Assembly: GCF_006345805.1 (NCBI RefSeq)
Contig: NC_043004.1
Span: forward strand, 5,084,001-5,148,000
Length of the DNA stretch: 64,000 nucleotides
Reading direction: 5' to 3'
Source: Octopus sinensis
Lineage: Eukaryota
The notes under the pieces were generated by a model. The model was given only the letters and a program-made list of their open reading frames with translations. It was not told the origin of the DNA and made no database searches. The position numbers were made by a program, and so were the translations under genes. Each line of letters starts with the position of its first letter. The first letter of the stretch is position 1. Below, in pieces: positions 54,501 to 64,000 of the stretch.

Positions 54501-56111
54501 GACCTTAAGATTGTGAGCTGAATACCCCTAACCACTAAGCCACATACTTAGGTTCATCGTGGACATGACAGCAGCATCTTTATACACCACAGTCAGGGCT
54601 GGCAAATGAATGGAAGGCTCACTTTTGTGAAACCCTTTTGCAGGCTACGTTGATGGACATCTGTAATTTCGTCATGCTGGTGATTTTAATGCATGCATCA
54701 GATGACAGCATGAGGGCTTTCTATGTGTATAAGAGGCTATGGTTATGGTACAAGAAAATGAGGAGTCAAGCTCCTGGAATTTTGATGCAAATTAGCTAAC
54801 CATTTGTTACGCTAACATCAGAAAACTACTTACCTGTCAGGTATACAAACCAAACCATGCAACAACTTTGTTTTTAAAAATGTTACCTCTCAGATATTTG
54901 GTAAAATAATTTTAGGTTGAAGTGGAAGCCTTATACAGAGTAGTAGCTTAAAGAGGAGGGGGAAGTCACCGGGGCTCAGTTCTAGCTCTCTCCTTCCATT
55001 CTATTTATAGTCTTAAGCAGAAGGGTTTAAGGCTGGCTGACTGGACATAGAATCTGGGAGTTGAGACAAACATGCACATATGCAGAAATATATACATACA
55101 AAAAAATATGAAGTATGACTACATGGAATATGAACTATTTTTTCGAACAACAAAAGACACAAATGGAACACAAGACAAACAACATAAAGAATGACCCTTC
55201 ATCAGTTGGCTGTTCTACTCTTGTATATTGTTAAATGCTGAGTAGAAAAATAGCCAACAACAACATATATATCACATAGCACTGCACGGGTGCTCTCATG
55301 TGGCACCACACAGGTGCTTTTACATAGCTTTGCCACGAGTGCTTTACATTACCAGAAGGACCAGTCTTAACACTTCTGCTGGTGGAGTACGGGTCTTCTT
55401 GAGCAAGGCACCAGACATCTCGGTTATGTGTGTGTATGTATATATATAATACATGTAGATATTTGTGAGTATATACATGTGTGTGTGTGGACATGGATGT
55501 AACCAACTGAGTGGATTATGATAGACTGAAGATATCTCAAAGGACTGAAACATGTCCAGAGTTGTTAGCATGGCTGGCAAAGATCAGACCCATCAGTACT
55601 TGTACATATCTCTATTTTATCTTTAGTTGATTTAAATTTTGAGAGTTTTCTCTGCTATTCTGTCTGAGAATAAATTTATGTTAATACTAATGACTTTTTA
55701 TCAATAATTAGTATTGTAAGTCAAACTTATTACAAATTATTTTCAACTCAACTCCTCAATGTACACACACACACACATATTGTACAGACCATATGTTGAA
55801 ACTAGAGACCTGCTTTTGAATGTAGTGGTACACAAGGGTTAAGTGTTAGCATTAAACTGGGAACCACATTAAATCTATCAACCAAGAGTTCTAGTTCTGT
55901 CATAGTCAGTTTGCATCTATGGTTCATTGGCTACATATTGGTGTTTTACAGAGAGTTAATAAGTCAGCTGCATCCACTTTTCCCCCTTTTCATAATCTCA
56001 GCAATGGTTTGTAAAGCAAGCACGAGCCCAGAAATTTTTTGAGAGAGGGAGTTAATTAATTTTATTAACCTCAGTACTTAACTAATGCACTTATTTTATG
56101 ACTGTCTAGAG

Positions 56112-56445
56112 CAGGTCTGGCCATCTCTAATTACGTTGCAGGCCACTTTAATTGCAGAAAAATTTTGAGGGCTGCCTGTATACTGACAGAATTGAAAGCA
56201 TTTTGCTTTCTCATGCTATTATTACAATAATGGATGAATGAATGATCGTTGATTCAACATGAAATATTATCGTTGCAAAGAACAGTAGTATCTTTCTTTT
56301 TTACTTTCCATTACAATCTTCAATTTTTGATAACATTTTAAAAATGTTTGTTTAAATAAACCCATTTCAAGAAAGTAACAAGCGTGCCACAAGACAAAAG
56401 TCTGTAGCCACATGCGGTTTGCAGGCCTCAGGTTGGCCAGCCCTG
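56112..56445. mobile_element. hAT (Charlie-like) MITE
   Basis: TIRs CAGGTCTGGCCA / TGGCCAGCCCTG; perfect 8-bp TSD GTCTAGAG (NTCTAGAN type). Confidence 0.88.
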
Positions 56446-57829
56446 GTCTAGAGAAAACCAAAATGCCAAGTTAGAAACATTTACATCTGTTTACATGAGT
56501 GGAAGTATGTTTTAAGATACTGGTCAAAATCGTCTTGCCACAACAACACTTCCTGAATTTATCCTTTGATTTAGCCTTTCATTCATTTAATATTTGTTTC
56601 TATTTTATTCTTTTGTTTCACTATGAGTGGCACTTTTATTTGTTTATTATGTGGAAAGGTAAAGATGACCTTGACTCAGAACTTAAAGAACATTTTATGA
56701 AGTGCTTTAAAAATGTTACTAATTCATCACAACTGTCAATCCAGTGCTGTCATATTAATAACAATAATCTTTAACACCACAAGGTAACACAACATATTTT
56801 TTAAAGCAAGTACAGTTTATTAAATCAATTAAAGTTAATTAAATCAACCAGAATACTTCATAGTTTTTTTTATATCAAACTTGGTAAAAGGAAAGGTAAA
56901 GCTGATTCTATACAATTTGAACATAGAATGAAAAACAGACAAATAAGAACAATGATACTTTATTGTTCCTTCCATATTTCGTATTTTTATTAATAACACC
57001 AGCTTTTAAAATTGCTACAAGGCCACAAATTTTAGGGAATGTAATATGGCGTCACTTGGTACATTATTATGTCAACTCCGATGGATGAGAGGCTACGGTA
57101 ATAAGAATTTGGACTCAGACTATAATGAGATGTAATTAAATGTGACTAAAATACAATGAGGTATTTTAAAAGCACAAAGGCTGAAGTTTAATGGGAGAGC
57201 TTTAGTGGATCAAATGGACCCCAGTACTTAATTAGTACTTTATTATACCAACACTATATGGATGAAAGGCAAAGAAAATTCAGAAAACCAGAACAAAGAA
57301 GTCTTATCAAATAAGGCCACTCATGTCAACATATCTAATAGATTATGTAACTGTAGGAACATGATAAATGTCCATTATATAACCAATGTCCAAAGAATAA
57401 TCTAATAATACCTGAAAGTGAATTTCTTTATGTGCATATTAACTACCAGATTAACAAAGTGTTAAAAAACAGCGATTTAAAGGGACTGCTCACCTGACTC
57501 AATCTCACAGCTAATATGTACATAAACAAAACAGAGCCATTCAGTATGTGACATAAGTAATGTTTATATCATTAGAGCTACTTATAATTCATACATGAAT
57601 ATATATATATACATACACACACATATATATATATATATATATACATACACATATATAGATACATATATATATATAATACATACACATATATACATACATA
57701 TATATATATATACATACACATAACATATATATATATATATATACATACACATAACATATATATATATATATATATATACACATAACATATATATGTATAT
57801 ACATATATATATATATTCTGAAGGTGGAC

Positions 57830-58865
57830 ATAGTATAAATTCGCAGAAAACCTTGGGATTCTGCTTTCTACAGTTAATAAGAGTGATTGTGCAATTCACC
57901 AGAGAGGGGAGTGAGTCCACATTACCTCACTCAGGTCAACCATGACCCTTCTGTTTGCTAAGAGAAGTGTGGAGGATAATCCTCATTGCAGGGCCTGTGA
58001 CACAGCAGAACAAGTTGATGTCAGTCCTAGAATAGCTGTCAGGTATCTCCACAATTTGGTTACTATGGCAGAGCAGCAAGAAGGAAGCCACATCTTCAAC
58101 CAGCCTACATCAAGTGGAAAAAAGATTGGGCTAGTGAGATGGTGAAGAGGCCACTAGCATTTTAGGACACTGTCATATTCTCTGATGAGTCCAGATTTAC
58201 TGCATTTCCCAACAGTGGTCAAGTGTGGGTCTGGAGACTCTGTGATCAAGAATTTGATGTGAAAAGATTGCAGCCAGCAATGAAACACGGCAGCCATTCT
58301 GTGACAGACCAGGGAGCAATTTGGAGCAATGGTTGATCAGAGCTGGTGGAACGTGATGGAAACATTAAATCAGATAAATATGTGTCCATATTGCAGAAAG
58401 GATTTCTTCCAATCTTCTCCAGTGGTGAAATGATTAAAGAAGATTCTTTATTTATGGAAGATGATGCTCCTTGTCACTCGGCTAAAATAACACTAGATTT
58501 GTCAGATGAGAATGACATTAAAAAGTTTCCATGGCCAAGCCAGTCACCACATATGAACCCTATTGAACACCTCTGGGACATAATAGACTGGACATTTCAT
58601 AAAGAGAACAAGAAAGCATCTTCAAAGCCAGATCTTTTGAGATTACTGCATGAAACTTGGCAAGAAATTCTGCAAGAGACTATTCATCATCTGATCAGAA
58701 TTGTGCCTAATAGGGTCCCTGCATAAAAAAAATGCTAAGGGCATGTCTACTAAATATTAAATATTCACATTATAACAATTAATAAGTAATTTGGATGTAT
58801 AATTTCAGATTTAAATAAATTTTAATGATTACAAGGGTGTCTTACTTCTGTCATGCTTGTGTATA
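57830..58865 (+). mobile_element. Tc1-like transposase remnant
   Basis: FSDESRF at 58178, FMEDDAPCH, WPSQSPHMNPIEHLW; frameshifts and stops. Confidence 0.88.
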
Positions 58866-59057
58866 AACATATACATACAGATGTTCCCGTCTCTAATAGC
58901 ATGACAAAGTTTTGCAAAATGATGGAAACTGGTGGCATATTTTGATGAAATATAAATATTTTGTGTCTTTGTTTTCAAAATGTTTTCTTTTTGTCTTTTA
59001 ACATAACTTTACTGATGTGAACCCCCTTAACCTTTCCCTGTGTGTGTGTGTGTATAT

Positions 59058-59092
<35 letters not shown>

Positions 59093-59206
59093 GCGGGAGG
59101 GAGAAATCACAAAAAAAACAAAAGACGAAGACATGTGGGTAGACAACAAACAGATGTATTAGTTTAACGCTCGGGAAGTGAAAAAATCTATACACACACA
59201 TTTATG

Positions 59207-59240
<34 letters not shown>

Positions 59241-60939
59241 CATGTAAATATATTTATGTATATATATACATATATAAATATGTATATATCTGTATGTCTA
59301 TCTATTTATATATTATATATATATCCATCTATCTTTATATATACATTTATGTATGCGTGCAAATATACATAAATATGTATGTATGTATATAAATATATAT
59401 ATATATGTATGACATATAAGAGAACAAAGTGTACGTACACCACTATAAGTATATATATATACATATATATATAAATACAAAATGGAACAAGAACACAAAA
59501 CATCCAGATAGACGATACAAAGAAAACAAAGATGGGTCATTCAAAGTTTTCTTTCTTCAGTCAAGCACCAGATTATCCTTGCAATTTCAGCTTATTAATC
59601 TTGAGATTGCTCCAATCTGGCCAGCCTCAAGGGGAAAAAAATTAAGAGCATTAGATTCCTTGGAAGAAAGCAACCAATGTATACAATAACAAGGACAGAA
59701 AGAACGGACAATGTTACACAAATATAAATACAACAAAAATAATAACAGGACATATATGTATGTATGTATATATATATATATATCGTGCAGTGGCACGTAA
59801 AAAGCACCATCCGTTCGTGTCCGTTGCCAGCCTCGCCTGGCCCCCGTGCCGGTGGCACATAAAAAGCACCATCCGTTCGTGGCCATTTGCCAGCTCTGTC
59901 TGGCACCTGTGCAGGTGGCACGTAAAAAGCACCCACTACACTGACAGAGTGGTTGGCGTTAGGAAGGGCATCCAACCGTAGAAACACTGCCAGATCTGAC
60001 TGGGCCTGATGAAGCCTTCTGGCTTCACAGACCCCAGTTGAACCGTCCAACCCATGCTAGCATGGAAAACGGACGCTAAACGATGATGATGATGATATAT
60101 ATATATAGATAGATAGATAGATAGATATGTGTGCATATATATATATATACACGCACACATGTATATGAATATATACATACATACATACATAGATACAAAT
60201 ATCACATACACACAAACAAACACATACGTATGTGAACTTATATTAAGTATTCTTAAACTCTGAACTATCGCTGGCTGAATGGATTATCCGATGGCTATGC
60301 ATTTTATAGTAGAAAAAGAAACCCAAAGTTAAAATTTCTTGAAATGCACTTTCTTGTTTGGATACAGCATTACCAAATAGTTATTCTCACTTGGCAGAAA
60401 TCTCCCTTATCTATTTATGAATTGGAGATAATTCTGAAAGCTTAAAAATAAAACTATGTTTTAGGTACATGGCAAAAAATGATTAACTTGGTTGATTCTG
60501 GTATTTTTCCTCTAGTCAGTTGATTGTGACATTTCGTACCTACGTAGTTGACAATGCAGTTGTAGGATTGGGGTTAGATCTGCCCTATTAATCCTCATAT
60601 GTCTGTGCTTACTCACCAAATTCTCTTGTCTATCACATAACTTTCCATTCTTTGCTTTAATCCATCTTCCATTTTAACTATAATACCCTAAGAGTTATCT
60701 CCCCTGTCTCAAGTAGTCCAAGAACAGACTTTAATTTTTGTTTATTTCTGGTCCGTTGGTTATGCATTCAATACCAGCCTGTACCCATCCAGTCGGCGTA
60801 TTCTACCATCTGTTACCATTTATATGGTAAAAGCTTAGGGAAACATATATACATACAGACACACACACACACATATATGTCCTGTGATAATATATTATTT
60901 CTATATTATTTGAAATGAACGCCATGCATCCATTTCCAA

Positions 60940-60949
60940 GTTTATATAT

Positions 60950-60984
<35 letters not shown>

Positions 60985-61140
60985 TATTATATATACACAC
61001 ACACACATATATACATACATACATATAATATGCATGTGTGTATATACATATATATATAAATAACATATATAATTGTATAATATATATTTATATTGTATAA
61101 TATATATATATATATATTGTATAATGTATACATATATTGC

Positions 61141-61201
<61 letters not shown>

Positions 61202-62753
61202 CATATTAGATAAAGAGATAGATAGATATGCATATCAGGTATTGTATAATATATATATATATATATATTATATATATGACCACATCTTTGAAGCTGTAAA
61301 ATTTTAAAGAATTAAAGAATTTTATATAAACACACACACGTGCATGTACATAAATGCATATTTTGAAATATAACATACAAAACACATACACACACAAATA
61401 AACAGATATATATATACAAATAAATATATGCAAATAATATATAATGCAAATAATATACAGATTATATTATATATGTATTATATACCTAATATATTTTATA
61501 TAAATTATATACATATAATTACATACACAATATTAATATATATATATATATATATATATATAAGATATATCTATATACATACATACACAATACATATATA
61601 TACATTATATACATATATATTATATAATACATATCATATATATATATATATACATAAATATAAATATTATATACATATCATATATATATAAATATTATAC
61701 ATAATATAACTATATATACATAACTATAAATATATATACATATATATATAAATATATATACATATATATATAAATCTATATACATAATATATATATAAAT
61801 ATATATACATATATATATCTTATACTATATATATATATATAAATATATATACTATCATATATATATAAATATATATACATTATATATATATAATATACAT
61901 ATATATATATATATAATATATATACATATCATATATATATAAATATACATACATATCATATATATATATAATATACATACATATCATATATATATAAATC
62001 TACATAATATCATATATATTAAATATACATACATATCATATATATTATAAATATACATACATATTCATATATATATAAATATATATACATATCATATATA
62101 TATAAATATATATACATATCACATATATATAAATTATATACATATCATATATATATAAATATATATACATATCAATATATATAAATATATATACATATCA
62201 TATATATATAAATATATATACATACATATATATATAAATATATATACATATCATAATATATATATATATTAAATATATATACATATCATATATATATAAA
62301 TATATATACATATCATATATAATAAATATATATACATATCATATATATAAAATATATGACATATCATATATATATAATATATACATTCATATATATATAT
62401 AAATATATATACATATCATATATATATTAAATATATATACATATCATATATATATATATTATATAAATATATATATACATATCATATATATATCAATATA
62501 TATACATATCATATATATATATAAATATATATACATATCATATATATATATAAATTATATTTACATATCATTATATATATAAATATATTATATAATATAT
62601 TATATATATATATTATATATACATATCATATATATATATATATATATATATTAATATTATATAAATAATATACATAATATATAATATATATATATAAATA
62701 TATATCATAATATATATATATATAGATATATATATATATAAATATATATACAT

Positions 62754-62789
<36 letters not shown>

Positions 62790-62862
62790 TATATACTAAT
62801 ATCTAATATAGATATAATACTATATATATATATATATATATTATATATAAATATATATACAT

Positions 62863-62926
<64 letters not shown>

Positions 62927-62960
62927 TAATATATATACTCACACATATATGTATATATAT
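60940..62960. repeat. Long AT microsatellite/minisatellite field
   Basis: (TA)n with a recurring ~24-nt unit AAATATATATACATATCATATATAT between ~61900 and 62870. Confidence 0.92.
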
Positions 62961-62995
62961 ATGGCCATATTATCTAATCACTCATTCCTCATTTA

Positions 62996-63329
62996 TCAAA
63001 AGTACACTTCCATAAAAAGAGATGGTTTGATGAAAACAAGCGTTCTTATAGTACTAAACCCATTGCTGAAACACAATATTTCCTGGCGGACAACAAAGTG
63101 TCCGAGACACTCAAGTAATTTTTCCTGGATAATCTGAATCTCCTTAATATTATGTTCTGGTGACAGCATGTTTGATGTTTTATAAATCTCAAAGATTTCC
63201 TCTGTTTCCTCTTTTTCCTCCTTGATTTTGCTGTCTGTGTCTACAGTTTGCTTCTTTTTTTTGTGTTTACTTCGGACTTTTTTCTTAAATATTCTGTCTA
63301 ATCTTCCATATCCTTTGAGTCTAGCAAGC
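62996..63329 (-). CDS. Candidate (terminal) coding exon of an unidentified minus-strand gene
   Basis: Strong acceptor TTTTTGTATTGTTTTGCAG then ~110 open codons with protein-like K/E-rich composition (LARLKGYGRLDRIFKKK...LFMEVYF*); family not recognised. Confidence 0.5.
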
Positions 63330-63554
63330 CTGCAAAACAATACAAAAATTAATTTAATGCTTAATTTGCAAAATTTATATATTCATATGACTTTACGTTT
63401 CGCAGGTCAGTTATGCTTCAAAGATATTTATATTGATCTAACTGTTTATTAACTCACAACCCTACTTTCATGTGCCTTCACAATATTGTGTTCTAACCAA
63501 TATTGCATGTAATCAATTCATAATTTATATTGATTTTCTTTAAAATAATTAATA

Positions 63555-64000
63555 GACAGAAGCAGTTTTAATATCAAAATGTAATATTTATTCTCACTTA
63601 AAATACAACGTTATGTTAGAACACAAAATACTGCAATATTTACCATGAGAGAAACTCTCATCTGGTCTTCTGGTGCATATAAGCACTGTTGTTTATATTG
63701 CTAGCAGGAGAAAAATAACTGCCACCGTCAGCACCAAGACTACTAGATCATGTGATTTCAACCTTTACCAGTCTTGTCAATGGTAGACACCCAACTGCTG
63801 GAGATAGCAGTCGTGCCTCAGCTTGTGATATACTTTGAATTAAATTGTCGAATCGGGCAATGGAATAACTAGTGGACTTACTAAGTGGCAATTTTAGTGA
63901 CAGAAGCAATATTAATATCAAAAAGTGGTATTTATCTTCAATTAAAAGTGGAAGTTGTATTAGAACACACGATACTGTGATATTTACTGTGAGAGAACCT
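63555..64000. repeat. Diverged direct repeat, 344-bp period
   Basis: 63555-63656 aligns colinearly with 63899-64000 (GACAGAAGCA...TTAGAACAC...ATATTTAC..TGAGAGAA). Confidence 0.8.

Noticed and set aside
58181-58200. CTGATGAG resembling a hammerhead core
   Set aside because: It encodes the FSDES transposase motif; no stem II or GAAA follows
57578-61691. Many YI/CV-rich ORFs (also near 2.7, 18.5, 22.9 and 25.1 kb)
   Set aside because: Translations of TA/TG microsatellites

Overview
AT-rich, repeat-dense eukaryotic DNA. The SINE/RTE families and microsatellite load look cephalopod (Octopus-like); this is recognition, not a database result. One complete gene is well supported: a six-exon ALYREF/THOC4 mRNA-export adaptor on + (28512-50038, 276 aa, all intron phases consistent), preceded by Staf/ZNF143-like and YY1-like motifs. 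Weaker candidate exons of minus-strand neighbours lie at both window ends. The rest is mobile DNA: tRNA-derived SINEs, RTE, CR1/L2 and CRE retrotransposon remnants, Tc1/mariner remnants, hAT MITEs with 8-bp TSDs, and satellites. The most striking unannotated signal is about eight minimal hammerhead-ribozyme-like motifs (CUGANGA-stem II-GAAA-short palindrome-NUH) of the Penelope-associated type. Two of them lie in a ~410-bp palindromic element that joins a tRNA-like B-box head to the hammerhead, a candidate ribozyme-carrying SINE/retrozyme. Coordinates and folds were read by eye; repeat boundaries are approximate.
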